A DNA stretch of 64,000 nt from an uncultured Gammaproteobacteria bacterium (GCA_964540825.1 CAZINT010000001.1:5315-69314); one strand, 5' to 3'. Numbered from the stretch's first letter, positions 18,661-29,041 are shown. Numbers and translations: made by a program. Notes: generated by a model not told the origin, from the sequence alone.

Positions 18661-19671
18661 ATGGAAATAGTACTTGAAAAAGACCTTAAAAATTGGAAAA
18701 CCAACTCTTTTCCCCAAACGTGGGAATGGGGAGATATTTTGATTGCTGAAGGGAAGCTTGTAGAGCGCTTACGGATCGTTGAAGGCAGTGTTACGCTCGC
18801 CCAGCTACAGTTGGTGTATAGTAACTTGCCGTTTGGTTGGCAGTATGCTTTTTGTCCAAAAGGGCCGGTGTTCCCGGAAGGAACAAAGAATAAGGAGCAA
18901 GGAGCAAAAGTGTTTGAGGTGCTGGGCAGCTATTTGAAAAAGAAGAATTGTTTGTTTTTAAGAATTGAGCCCGAGTCAGTTGAACAATATCTAGTATCTA
19001 ATATCCAATTTCAAAAGTCTATCAATATCAACCCTCGTACTACCGTCATCCTTGATCTTGCTAAAACTGAACAAGAGCTTCTCGCAGCTATGCACCAAAA
19101 AACGCGCTATAATATCCGTTTAGCGGAAAAGAAAAATATACAAATAAGTTCAGAAAAAAAATATGAAACATTTATTACTTTAATGAAGAAAACAGGGGAA
19201 CGCGACGGCTTTCGTTTGCATGAAGCAAAACATTACCGGGCAATTTTTGATTCCACATTTAGTTTACAACTCACGGCTGAGCTTGATGGAAAAGATATTG
19301 CAACGGCTGTGTTTGTAGGCGCTGGAAATACGTTTACGTATTTGTATGGAGCGTCTGACCACCAGTATCGTGCGCTCATGGCGCCTTACCTTTTGCAATG
19401 GGAGGGGATTAAGCTGGGTAAAAAATTAGGCTATACACAATATGATTTTTTTGGTATTGCGCCGAGCGCGAAGGAGCAAGGAGCTGGGAACGAGGAGCAA
19501 CCGGGCAGTGATTATGCATATGATCCGAAGCATCAGTATGGTGGCGTGACTCGCTTCAAACTTGGTTTTGGGGGGGAAGTTGTGGAAGCACCGGGAACGT
19601 TTGACTTGATTCTTCAGCCAACGAAGTATAGGATATACCAGCTTCTGCGAAAAATCCGCAGATTAGTTTAA
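18661..19671 (+). CDS. FemABX family peptidoglycan bridge aminoacyltransferase
   Basis: Q..EWG, PKGP, KTRYNIR.A, YLYGAS, YDFFG, FKLGFGG. Confidence 0.92.
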   Translation: MEIVLEKDLKNWKTNSFPQTWEWGDILIAEGKLVERLRIVEGSVTLAQLQLVYSNLPFGWQYAFCPKGPVFPEGTKNKEQGAKVFEVLGSYLKKKNCLFLRIEPESVEQYLVSNIQFQKSININPRTTVILDLAKTEQELLAAMHQKTRYNIRLAEKKNIQISSEKKYETFITLMKKTGERDGFRLHEAKHYRAIFDSTFSLQLTAELDGKDIATAVFVGAGNTFTYLYGASDHQYRALMAPYLLQWEGIKLGKKLGYTQYDFFGIAPSAKEQGAGNEEQPGSDYAYDPKHQYGGVTRFKLGFGGEVVEAPGTFDLILQPTKYRIYQLLRKIRRLV

Positions 19672-19676
19672 AAAAT

Positions 19677-19748
19677 GTTCTCGTCGTTTAATGGATAGGA
19701 CACTAGCCTCCGAAGCTGGTAATGCGCGTTCGATTCGCGCCGAGAACA
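19677..19748 (+). tRNA. tRNA-Arg(CCG)
   Basis: GTTCTCG/CGAGAAC acceptor stem, CTAGC-CTCCGAA-GCTGG, GTTCGATTC. Confidence 0.93.
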
Positions 19749-19862
19749 CTAAAAACAGGCAAGTAGCCTGTTTTTGTATACTTGACTTTTATAGTATTTT
19801 TGGTAGTGTCGACCTACGTGAATATGTATGTTTCGTGACAACCTGCCCGTAGGGAGGATTTC

Positions 19863-20276
19863 ATGAGTCTCAAAGACAAAACACCAGCGCAAATTCGTCA
19901 GTTCCAAATCCTGCAATGGGTCCGGCGTTTTGCTACGCCGCGGCATTGCAATCAGAAGCGCCTCGACCAGCTGCGCCAGGAACAAGCGCAAAAGCTCGCG
20001 AGCGACGCTCAGGCATATACGCTTAGGTTTGACCCCGATCACAAACTGCGTATCTATCGCAGGCAGGTTCGGGTGGTCGTGACTCCCGTCGTCACGATCA
20101 AGCAGCTCACGAATCTGTGCGCTCGGCTGGACATCTCGGCCCTGGCCACACGCAAGCTCTGTATCCAGCTTAGCAACTTTTCATGGCTCGGTGCTGTGTA
20201 CGAAGAGTCCTACCGGATCGCGCCAAAGCACCGTGGTGCTTGGGTCGCGCGTAAAATCCGCGGCATGGCTGCCTGA
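19863..20276 (+). CDS. Basic hypothetical protein (GC-rich accessory gene)
   Basis: GGGAGG SD, TTGACT promoter, downstream hairpin. Confidence 0.6.
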   Translation: MSLKDKTPAQIRQFQILQWVRRFATPRHCNQKRLDQLRQEQAQKLASDAQAYTLRFDPDHKLRIYRRQVRVVVTPVVTIKQLTNLCARLDISALATRKLCIQLSNFSWLGAVYEESYRIAPKHRGAWVARKIRGMAA

Positions 20277-20336
20277 ACCACACTTTTCATTTTGCCTTCA
20301 GTATTCCATGAGCTTTGGAGTGCTGAAGGACTGCAT

Positions 20337-20369
20337 AAAAAAGACGAGTAATCTTTACTCGTCTTTTTT
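20337..20369. terminator. Bidirectional intrinsic terminator
   Basis: aaaaaagacgagtaa...ttactcgtctttttt between convergent genes. Confidence 0.75.
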
Positions 20370-20377
20370 AATATTTC

Positions 20378-22843
20378 TTAGATTAACGTTACACTTACGA
20401 CTTTATCATCTTCTTCTTTAAAGCGCATCAGGCGAACACCCTGTGTCGCGCGTCCGCTTGAGGGGATTGATTTGAATGGCATGCGAATCACCTGGCCTTT
20501 GGCCGACATCATAACGATATCCCGCTCGTCAGCTTTGGCTGTATCAACAGCGCTTGCGTGAATGACGAAACCAGTTTTTTCACTGACTTTGGCGGTCTTG
20601 ATGCCGCTACCGCCACGACCCTGTACTTTGTAGCTGGCAATCTCAGTGAGTTTGCCGAGGCCGTTTTCACCGATAGTCAAAAATTCAATACTTTTATTTT
20701 TTGGGTCAACCGTATCCATGCCGATAACTTCGTCAGTGCCGTGGAGGCGAATACCGCGTACGCCGCTTGCGGTGCGTCCCATGGCGCGAGCGTCACTTTC
20801 TTTGAAACGAATAGCCTGGCCTTCTTTGGTGGCAATCATGATGTCATCATTGCCGCTCGATGGGCGAACCCATTCCATACTGTCGTCAAGGCGAAGTTTA
20901 AGGGCGATAAGACCGTTGCGGCGAACATTGGCATAATCTTCGAGTGCTGTTTTTTTGATCAGCCCTTTTCTGGTTACCATGACCAAGTATTTAAGGTTGG
21001 TTAAATCGCTTACCGAGAGCATGGTACTTACTTTTTCGTTCGGTGCGAGTTGCAAGAAGTTGACCATTGCCTGGCCCTTAGCGGTACGGCTTCCCTGCGG
21101 AATCTCATACGCAGAGAGCTGGAAGACACGACCGCGGTTGGTGAAGAAGAGAATGTTGTCATGTGTGTTGGTGGTCAAAAGCTGCTCAACCGATTCTTCT
21201 TCTTTAGTGGTGACACCAATCACTCCTTTACCGCCGCGCGACTGCTGGCGGAACGTATCCGGAGGTAAGCGTTTAATGTAGCCATCGGTCGTGGTCATGA
21301 TAATGGTTGGCTCGTTCGGAATGAGGTCTTCAACGGTGAAGTCCTTAATGCCATGAGCGATAATCTGAGTGCGGCGCTCTTCGCCGTATTTGGCTTTAAT
21401 TTCTTCAGTTTCAGTTTTAACAATACCCAAAATTTTTGCTTCGGACGCGAGGATTGCTTCGAGCTCTTTAATGATGGCTTTTTTCTCGGCGAGCTCATCT
21501 TCAACTTTTTGGCGTTCGAGGTTGGCAAGTTGCTGGAGGCGCATCTCAAGAATGGCAGTAGCCTGGCGGTCGCTGAATTTAAATTTGTCCATGAGTTCAA
21601 CTTTGGCTTCGTCTTTGTCTTTTGATGCGCGAATTGTTTTGATGACTAAATCGATTTTATCGAGCGCCATTTTGAGGCCTTCCAAAATATGGGCGCGTTC
21701 TTTGTTTTTGTTAAGGTCAAATTCAGTGCGGGCACGAATCACCACGCGACGGTGTTTGATAAATTCTTCGAGAACATTTTTGATGTTGAGGACGCGCGGT
21801 TGAATGCCGTCCACGAGCGCGAGCATGTTCACGTGGAACGTGGTCTGGAGCGCGGTGAGTTTGAAAAGTTGGTTAAGAATTTTTTTCGGATACGAATCTT
21901 TTTTGAGGTCAATAACAACGCGGACACCGTCTTTGTTGGATTCGTCGCGGAGGTCTTTGATGCCTTCGATTTTTTTCTCTTGTACCAGGGTGGCGATTTT
22001 TTCGATCATTTCGGCTTTATTGACCTGGTAGGGGACTTCGGTGACAATAATATGGAATTGACCAGCCTTTGTTTCTTTAATATCCGCTTTCGCGCGCATC
22101 ACAATACCACCGCGGCCCGTAACATAGGCCGAAAGAATATCTTTTTTGTTGTAAATAATACCGCCGGTAGGGAAGTCGGGGCCTTTAATAACTTCTGCTA
22201 AATCCTCGACAGTTGCTTCGGGGTTTTCGATGAGTTTAATAACACCATCACACAGTTCGTTCAGGTTGTGTGGGGGGATGCTCGTCGCCATACCAACTGC
22301 GATACCCATGGTACCGTTGAGGAGGAGGTTCGGAATTTTGGTTGGCAAAACGGTTGGCTCAACATGCGAGCCGTCATAGTTTGGAATAAATCGAACGGTT
22401 TCTTTTTCAATATCAAGGAGCATTTCTTCAGCTGCGGCAGTAAGCTTGGCTTCGGTATAACGCATAGCAGCCGCAGCGTCGCCATCCATGGAACCAAAGT
22501 TTCCCTGGCCGTTAACGAGTTGGTGGCGCATGGAAAAATCCTGGGCCATACGGACGAGCGAGTCGTAGATGGCGCGGTCACCATGCGGGTGGTATTTAGC
22601 CATCACCTCACCAACTACGTTGGCGGATTTACGGTATTTGGCATTATGGCGCAAACCAATTTTCCACATCGCATACAGAATACGGCGGTGTACGGGCTTC
22701 AGGCCGTCGCGAACATCGGGGAGCGCACGTGAGACAATAACGCTCATCGCGTATTCGAGGTAGGACTGCTTAATTTCATCAACGATAGCAGCGGGCGTAA
22801 TCTTGCCGGCTTCCTGAACGATCAATTTGGGTTGCTGGGACAT
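20378..22843 (-). CDS. gyrA: DNA gyrase subunit A
   Basis: [29 protein letters not shown], GyrA box QSRGGKG. Confidence 0.98.
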   Translation of the reverse strand: MSQQPKLIVQEAGKITPAAIVDEIKQSYLEYAMSVIVSRALPDVRDGLKPVHRRILYAMWKIGLRHNAKYRKSANVVGEVMAKYHPHGDRAIYDSLVRMAQDFSMRHQLVNGQGNFGSMDGDAAAAMRYTEAKLTAAAEEMLLDIEKETVRFIPNYDGSHVEPTVLPTKIPNLLLNGTMGIAVGMATSIPPHNLNELCDGVIKLIENPEATVEDLAEVIKGPDFPTGGIIYNKKDILSAYVTGRGGIVMRAKADIKETKAGQFHIIVTEVPYQVNKAEMIEKIATLVQEKKIEGIKDLRDESNKDGVRVVIDLKKDSYPKKILNQLFKLTALQTTFHVNMLALVDGIQPRVLNIKNVLEEFIKHRRVVIRARTEFDLNKNKERAHILEGLKMALDKIDLVIKTIRASKDKDEAKVELMDKFKFSDRQATAILEMRLQQLANLERQKVEDELAEKKAIIKELEAILASEAKILGIVKTETEEIKAKYGEERRTQIIAHGIKDFTVEDLIPNEPTIIMTTTDGYIKRLPPDTFRQQSRGGKGVIGVTTKEEESVEQLLTTNTHDNILFFTNRGRVFQLSAYEIPQGSRTAKGQAMVNFLQLAPNEKVSTMLSVSDLTNLKYLVMVTRKGLIKKTALEDYANVRRNGLIALKLRLDDSMEWVRPSSGNDDIMIATKEGQAIRFKESDARAMGRTASGVRGIRLHGTDEVIGMDTVDPKNKSIEFLTIGENGLGKLTEIASYKVQGRGGSGIKTAKVSEKTGFVIHASAVDTAKADERDIVMMSAKGQVIRMPFKSIPSSGRATQGVRLMRFKEEDDKVVSVTLI

Positions 22844-22862
22844 ACAGGGTACGAGTCAATGG

Positions 22863-23387
22863 CTAATATTTGGTAGTAGTAGAATAAGGTGTTGTCGTGG
22901 CGGTTGCAGTTGAGCTGGCAGTAGTAGTTGTTGTCGCAGCGTTCTCCACGATAAGCGTCAGCGCCTGCTTAATTTTTTCTTGCGCCGATATGGTACTGGT
23001 AGTTTGGTTTCGCGGGGCAAAAGCGTTTTGCCAATTTTTTTGATTTTCAGCAATAAGTTTTTGCTCGGGTGTTCCGCTCCAGCGGAACGAACTGATTTGC
23101 AGTTTGAGTGACCACCCCCAGAGCACGCCAATAATCACCATAAACGAAATGACTCCAATCCAGAGATACCGCCTCGCGCTACGATTATGCTGTACAAAAC
23201 GTTCGTATGAGTCGAGGTCGGCGCGCGCTGCCTCGTGGGACGCGGAAGTCTTTTGAACCGGCTGGTTTTCGGGTTTTTCAAAGTTTGCTTCATTAAAAAC
23301 CAGGCTCGGCATCGGGCTTGCTGTATGTTTACGCGGTGCTCGCTTTGGTTTGGCTGTGGCCGCTCCGGTACTTTTTTTTCGTGGCAT
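22863..23387 (-). CDS. Hypothetical single-pass membrane protein with Thr-rich tail
   Basis: One TM segment; poly-Thr C-terminus. Confidence 0.65.
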   Translation of the reverse strand: MPRKKSTGAATAKPKRAPRKHTASPMPSLVFNEANFEKPENQPVQKTSASHEAARADLDSYERFVQHNRSARRYLWIGVISFMVIIGVLWGWSLKLQISSFRWSGTPEQKLIAENQKNWQNAFAPRNQTTSTISAQEKIKQALTLIVENAATTTTTASSTATATTTPYSTTTKY

Positions 23388-23487
23388 ACGAATGAGCGCA
23401 GTAGCGGGGCTCAAGGAGGAAAAGAAAGCCGGAATCAGTCCGTTGCTTCTTGAGCCCCCTTACTGTAAGTTCCCCCTACGTGCGTAG

Positions 23488-24105
23488 TTAAATATTTTTT
23501 TCTAAAACCATAAGCTGCATGTCTTCTTGAGGCAGGTCTTTGGCTTTGAGAATAACTTTTTTGTCGGTAAGTGTTGCTTTGAGGCCGCTGGCTTTAATAA
23601 AGTCTTCGATCGGCTTTACTTCCGGATCGCTGTCGGATTGGTACCCCATCGGGATAACAATGCGCGGTTCAAGTTCATTAATAACTTCGGCGGCAGCGCT
23701 CGGGGTGAGATATTTTTTCTCGCCGCCAACAGCAAGGGCAAGAACGTCAATTTTACCTAGTTTTTCAACCAGGTCTGCTGAAAGTTGCTCGTGGATCGCG
23801 CCAATATGGACTAGCGACATACCTTCGGCCGCAACTTTAAAAATGACCGTTTCGTTTGGTCCGGGCCACGCGCTAATGAGGACGCCTTTGATGTCGAATT
23901 CGCCGAGCGTGCTAATAATAAAAGGGTCTTGAGAGAGGGTGGCGCTATTGTCTTCGCGGTGCGAATACAGGGCGACACTCGGGGAAAAGCTGCGCGGAAA
24001 ATCGCCTTTTTCAGGCTTGTAAGGGTCAAAGAGAACGACAACGTCTTCGTCCATTTGTTTGGTCTGTAATTTAAGACAGGTTTGGCCGAGCCAGGAGAGG
24101 TGCAT
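23488..24105 (-). CDS. MBL-fold hydrolase-like protein (degenerate metal motif)
   Basis: WLGQTC, FDPY, GEFDIKGV, LEPRIVIPM; HxHxDH is degraded to SHREDN. Confidence 0.75.
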   Translation of the reverse strand: MHLSWLGQTCLKLQTKQMDEDVVVLFDPYKPEKGDFPRSFSPSVALYSHREDNSATLSQDPFIISTLGEFDIKGVLISAWPGPNETVIFKVAAEGMSLVHIGAIHEQLSADLVEKLGKIDVLALAVGGEKKYLTPSAAAEVINELEPRIVIPMGYQSDSDPEVKPIEDFIKASGLKATLTDKKVILKAKDLPQEDMQLMVLEKNI

Positions 24106-24110
24106 ATACG

Positions 24111-24151
24111 AAGTCTGTAAAGTCTATAAAGTTTGTAAAGTCCTTAAAGTC
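24111..24151. repeat. Imperfect 9-bp tandem repeat (about 4.5 units)
   Basis: aagtctgta aagtctata aagtttgta aagtcctta aagtc. Confidence 0.7.
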
Positions 24152-24415
24152 TTTGTTCGAAGTGCTGCTATTTTAGCATAGAGACCTTAAAGAGTGCGGT
24201 TATTCTAGCATAGCCGCTAGGTTGAGGCAAGTATTGACAAAAACGCAAAAATATGCTATTATAACCAGTTAAAATTCGTTCTTTTTACAATAATCCCAGC
24301 CTTTGTTTCAGCGTATTTTAGACAAAATAGATTGAAACGAAGGCTGGGCAACCAGCTTCCTTCTGGCCGCTATGGCTGGGAGTACTGCTCGAAAGAGCGG
24401 AAAGAAGCACGATCA

Positions 24416-24997
24416 ATGGCAACTGCAACGGCACGCTCGCTCGCCGGCCTCATGCACGACCTGACGAATGAGGAATTGTTTGTCCTGACGGAGTCGGCCA
24501 ACCGGGCTGCGCTCAAGGCGTTCCTTTCAGCTCGCATCGCAAAGATGTGGCGACAGATCTCCTACGATCCGACCGTCGGTATCGTCCGGCTCATCGAGCG
24601 GGCAGTCGGCCCGGCTTGCCTCGGCAACATCAGCGTCAACATCACCGAAGAGCGCTTCCCGCTCAAGGGCACGAGGGTTCGGTCGGTCAAATGCCGCATC
24701 GAGGCCGGCCTGGACCACGAGACACGTGAGAATGCTGCGAAGCGCCTCACTGACGCCGGTCACGTCCTCGCGAGCATTGGTGACCTGGCGGGTTTTCTGC
24801 ACGACCACCCGGACGAAATGGCGAAGTTCGGGGGCTGGGTTCTCGCGCTCAGCGAGGATTCCCGCTATACGAAGGAGTCGGTCGGCTTCGTTTACGTGCC
24901 GTGCGCCGCCAACGTGGGCGGGGCTGACCGTTACTTCTCTATGTGCGACTTCAACGACGAGCTCACGTCCCTCTGGGGCGTCCTCGTCCTCGGTTAG
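24416..24997 (+). CDS. GC-rich hypothetical protein with DGR-target-like C-terminus
   Basis: Own TTGACA/TATTAT promoter; C-terminal YVPCAANVGGADRYFSMCDFNDELTSLWGVLVLG. Confidence 0.7.
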   Translation: MATATARSLAGLMHDLTNEELFVLTESANRAALKAFLSARIAKMWRQISYDPTVGIVRLIERAVGPACLGNISVNITEERFPLKGTRVRSVKCRIEAGLDHETRENAAKRLTDAGHVLASIGDLAGFLHDHPDEMAKFGGWVLALSEDSRYTKESVGFVYVPCAANVGGADRYFSMCDFNDELTSLWGVLVLG

Positions 24998-25245
24998 CAG
25001 GAACCTCGGTCACCAGGTCGCTTAGCCCCAGTGGCAAGCGTCCGATCCTCGGTTCCCTTGACCCTCGTCTCGATTTAGCCTTCCAAGGCGAAGATTGAGC
25101 CGAGGGTCTGTTCTATTTTAAGCCTTGACAACCGCCTAAAACAGTGTTACTTTACGTCTATACATATAAGTACTTGAAGCAGCTCCATTTTAGTGAGCGG
25201 CACTCGACTTTGGCTCAGCCTAGCGGGATAAACAGTATTTTTTTT

Positions 25246-26403
25246 ATGTCCGATAACGACAAAACAGCTAAAAAACAAGATTTTAAGGCTCTTCTCCAGA
25301 GTCATTTTACCGAAATCCCAAAAGTTGGGGCGATTGTTAAGGGTAAAGTACTTTCGGTAGACAAGGGTGAAATTCATATTGATGTGGAAGGCATGACGAC
25401 CGGTGTCGTTCGTGGCCGCGAACTCTTTGCCGAATCCCGCGAATATTCCGGTCTGCATGTTGGGGATGAAGTAGAGGCAACCGTGGTTGAACTTGAAAAC
25501 GAAAATTGTGAAATGGAATTATCGTTCCGCATCGCCGGTTACCAGAAGGCTTGGGACGGTATGATCAAACTCATGAAAGACGGTGTTACCATTAAAGGTA
25601 AGGTTGTGTCCGCCAATAAAGGTGGTCTCATGATGCAGGTGGAAGCCCTCGCTGGTTTCATGCCGGTGTCGCAGCTTAATCCGGATCATTACCCACGCGT
25701 TACCGGCGGCGACAAGAATCGCATTCTCGACAAATTGCGTGAAATTGTTGGTCAGGAACTGGAAGTAAAAGTTATCGATGTTGATGAGAAAGAAGAAAAA
25801 CTCATCGTCTCGGAACGTGCTGTTTGGGAAGATTCTCAGAAAGCAGTACTTGAATCCTACAAAGTTGGTGACGTCGTGAACGGCGAAATCAGCGCCCTTA
25901 CTTCATTTGGTGCATTCATCAAATTTGGTGAAGGACTTGAAGGTTTAGTGCATATCTCCGAAATCGCTTGGCAGCGTATTGATCACCCTAAAGATGTTGT
26001 TAAGGTAGGGGACAAGGTCAAAGCGCAGATCATCCAGCTTGATCACTCCAAGATTTATCTCTCCATCAAACGCCTCGTTGACGATCCATGGAAGAGTGTT
26101 AAAGATAAGTACAAACAGGGTGAAGTCGTTAAGGGTAAAATCCTTAAGATCGAACCGTTTGGTCTTATGGTTGGCCTCGATAAAGATATCCATGGTTTGG
26201 CTCATATTTCAGAACTCTCTGATACCCCGCTTGCCAACATCAACGAACACTTCAAAATCGGACAAGAAATGGACTTCGAAATCATGTCGCTTGAACCTGC
26301 TGAACACCGCCTTGGTCTCAAGGCAGTAGGTGTCAAAGGCAAGAGTGGCCGTAAACCAGCTGCTAAGGCAGAAGCACCGGAAGCAGAAAAAGCTGCTGAA
26401 TAA
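25246..26403 (+). CDS. rpsA: 30S ribosomal protein S1 (four S1 domains)
   Basis: NKGGL, GFMPVSQL, FGAF...EGLVHISEI, GLAHISEL. Confidence 0.93.
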   Translation: MSDNDKTAKKQDFKALLQSHFTEIPKVGAIVKGKVLSVDKGEIHIDVEGMTTGVVRGRELFAESREYSGLHVGDEVEATVVELENENCEMELSFRIAGYQKAWDGMIKLMKDGVTIKGKVVSANKGGLMMQVEALAGFMPVSQLNPDHYPRVTGGDKNRILDKLREIVGQELEVKVIDVDEKEEKLIVSERAVWEDSQKAVLESYKVGDVVNGEISALTSFGAFIKFGEGLEGLVHISEIAWQRIDHPKDVVKVGDKVKAQIIQLDHSKIYLSIKRLVDDPWKSVKDKYKQGEVVKGKILKIEPFGLMVGLDKDIHGLAHISELSDTPLANINEHFKIGQEMDFEIMSLEPAEHRLGLKAVGVKGKSGRKPAAKAEAPEAEKAAE

Positions 26404-26410
26404 GAAATAA

Positions 26411-26442
26411 AAAACACGCTACAGAATTCTGTAGCGTGTTTT
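26411..26442. terminator. Bidirectional terminator (32-bp perfect palindrome)
   Basis: aaaacacgctacagaattctgtagcgtgtttt. Confidence 0.8.
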
Positions 26443-26460
26443 ATTTTTGAATAAGTAATT

Positions 26461-28869
26461 TTATATATGGGGTAAGTTGTCTTGTCGGCCCGTATCGACG
26501 CCAGGTCTTTTTAAAAGATGGGTAAGAGCGTCAAAATCTGTTTTTGCAGATTGAGGTGCTTTTTTTACGGATCCTTTGTGAAACTGAAGTGTTTTTGTTT
26601 CAGCTAAGTCTGGCGCTCCGCCTTCTAATATTGGCAGCATTTGGGTTTTAGTATGTGCAGCTGGAACACCTGCAGCCGAACTATAGTCGATTGGTTTTGG
26701 CGGTCGTTCTTTGAGGAGAGCGGTCTTGAGTTTTTCGCGGCGGGTTTTTTTATTTTCGGTGTTTTCGGTTTCCGCAAAGCCTCGGCCAAGTGTTTCTTGC
26801 TGCGCTTTTCGTTTGGCGAAAACGTTTTTGAGTCTTTCAGCAGCGCGTTCAAAAAGAGTCTGGGCTTCTTTGGTGTTTGCGTCTATCTTTTGCGGTAAGA
26901 ATTGATTGTGTGCGCGCATGTAGAACGATTGTTCGTTGTAGGTATCGGCGTTGCGAGCGGTGGTTTGTTTTACTTCGCGGGTATTTTGGTCGATTTTAAG
27001 GCCGCCGTCATGCGACCCGTAACGGTCCGTTTCTTTTTTGTAAGCTTCAAGTGCTTGGTGTACTTTTAGATCATCTTCCTCGGTCCAGGTTTTTTTGGAG
27101 CGCGAGCTGAATGTTTTGCTTTCAGTCCACAACAGTTCCTGAGCTCGGCGTCCTAACTCGAAAGCAATATCTGCTTCGCTTTTACCGTCTTTTTTCATGT
27201 CTTCACTTGTCACCCACGGATGTTGCTTTTCAATTGGTCGGCCAATTGAAAGAAGCCATAATTTTTGTTCCTGAATTCGCTGGTACATAGTTTCAAGCAG
27301 ATCAACCGACTCCTGGGAACCGTTTTTGGAAATCGCGCGAAGTCCAACTTGAATGTCTTGAAGCACGTTTATATCGTAAGGGGTTAATTGTAAATCCGCC
27401 CCCTCTACAAGGATAGCTGTACCAGTTGTGGCAAGCTCAATTAGGGCAAGCCGTTCACGATTATTTCGCAAAGAAAAATCCCAGGGTTTGGTAGGGGATT
27501 CTGTTTTGAAACGTTTATTAAACTCTTTTAATTCAGCAATTGCCTTTAAAAAATCTTTAGCAACTTCTTGTGCTTCGCGAACATGTTTTTCCTGTTGATT
27601 CACCTTACGCCACTTAGTAAGTGCTGCGTGGCGGATAGCCGCCTCTTTTTGGTGCGGAAATACATTGTTATTCTTAACTGCGTCAAGAAAAGATTTATCA
27701 GGACCGCTGCTATTAAGAATAAAAACCATGAGTAAATCTTTTAATATTTCTTGGCGTTTAGATACGGGGAGGGGTTTGTTTTCTACCCAATTTTTTTTGA
27801 GTTTGGAATATTGATCCGAAGTAAGTCCAAAAATTTCAGCTTCAGCGTTGCCGTCGGACGATTCAAACGAGCCGGTTAATAAACCGAGCTCTTTGTTCGG
27901 CACAAAAAAATCGACAATAAGCTCTTCGTTTTTTTGAAGGGTCGAAATTTTATTTTCTTCGTCAACGATCTCTTCATAGATATGAGCAAAATCTCCTTCT
28001 TGAAGAGCTGTGGTTTTGGAAACCGGGAATCGAGACCAACGGTCTTGAATTTTTTGCCACTGTTCAAATGTGAGTTTAGCGTCTTTTAAAAATGTACCTT
28101 GGGGCAGCTCGCGAGCGTTGAGAAGCTCAATGGATTTATTAATAGTTGTATGTGAAAGCTGGTGATATGTTGCTCGAATAGTTTCATGGCGCTTCTCAAT
28201 CGCTGCGTCGTTATTGGCAGCGATCTCTTTGTGCATCCAGATAAGCTGCTGCAATCGTTCTAGTTCTGTTTTGTCGCTATGGTAGCGAGGGTGAAGAGCT
28301 CGGCGGCGTGATTCAATTATCCAGTGAAATTGCAAAGACCGAATTTCGGAAGAATACAGATCAAGGTGGGGAAGATGTAGCTCGCTCGTTAAATTTTCCA
28401 GCTCTTTTCGGATTGACCGAAGCTCTGTTGAACTTTGTTCGGTTTTAGAAGTTCTTTTTTTAATTGTTGTTTTTTCTTTTTTTAGAATGTTATAGGCGAT
28501 TTCCAAATTATTCAGATCGCTGCGAATATCGTTGCCCGTATCTGGCCAGAGGAGCCAGAGCCGTTGAAGCTCTTTTTGTTGATCGGTGTCAAGAATTTTT
28601 TGTTCCTCAGGACGAAGTTTTTCACCTTGGGCAATATGAAGAAGTCCAAGCAGCAGATGTGGTGCAAGTGTTTCTTTTTTTTGAGAATTTTTTACATGAT
28701 AGCTTGTTTCGGTCGATGAAACAGGCCGTTGCTGCTGCAAAAGCGTGTAGAGATCATCTTCGTCCTGTACCTGCCATTTAGCACCCGCATCAACATGCTC
28801 AGCATGACGTTTTGGGGCATGAGGCCCCAGGTCGTTATATCGGGGTTTCCCCCGTAGATCCATGTTCAT
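26461..28869 (-). CDS. Large charged, helical hypothetical protein
   Basis: ~800-aa ORF rich in E/K/L/Q, no recognised motif. Confidence 0.75.
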   Translation of the reverse strand: MNMDLRGKPRYNDLGPHAPKRHAEHVDAGAKWQVQDEDDLYTLLQQQRPVSSTETSYHVKNSQKKETLAPHLLLGLLHIAQGEKLRPEEQKILDTDQQKELQRLWLLWPDTGNDIRSDLNNLEIAYNILKKEKTTIKKRTSKTEQSSTELRSIRKELENLTSELHLPHLDLYSSEIRSLQFHWIIESRRRALHPRYHSDKTELERLQQLIWMHKEIAANNDAAIEKRHETIRATYHQLSHTTINKSIELLNARELPQGTFLKDAKLTFEQWQKIQDRWSRFPVSKTTALQEGDFAHIYEEIVDEENKISTLQKNEELIVDFFVPNKELGLLTGSFESSDGNAEAEIFGLTSDQYSKLKKNWVENKPLPVSKRQEILKDLLMVFILNSSGPDKSFLDAVKNNNVFPHQKEAAIRHAALTKWRKVNQQEKHVREAQEVAKDFLKAIAELKEFNKRFKTESPTKPWDFSLRNNRERLALIELATTGTAILVEGADLQLTPYDINVLQDIQVGLRAISKNGSQESVDLLETMYQRIQEQKLWLLSIGRPIEKQHPWVTSEDMKKDGKSEADIAFELGRRAQELLWTESKTFSSRSKKTWTEEDDLKVHQALEAYKKETDRYGSHDGGLKIDQNTREVKQTTARNADTYNEQSFYMRAHNQFLPQKIDANTKEAQTLFERAAERLKNVFAKRKAQQETLGRGFAETENTENKKTRREKLKTALLKERPPKPIDYSSAAGVPAAHTKTQMLPILEGGAPDLAETKTLQFHKGSVKKAPQSAKTDFDALTHLLKRPGVDTGRQDNLPHI

Positions 28870-29041
28870 AAGTAATAGTAGTATAGCACAAAATACTAAA
28901 ACGCCCCAGCCTAGCACATTTTAAGCCTTTTGTCAATATGTACCAGGCCTCTTTAGGCTAAGATAAGCTGATTCGTAAGCCTTGATTTCTTGGCTAAAAG
29001 CCTGTATGCTACGGGGACGGTATAATTCATTAGTATTACGT

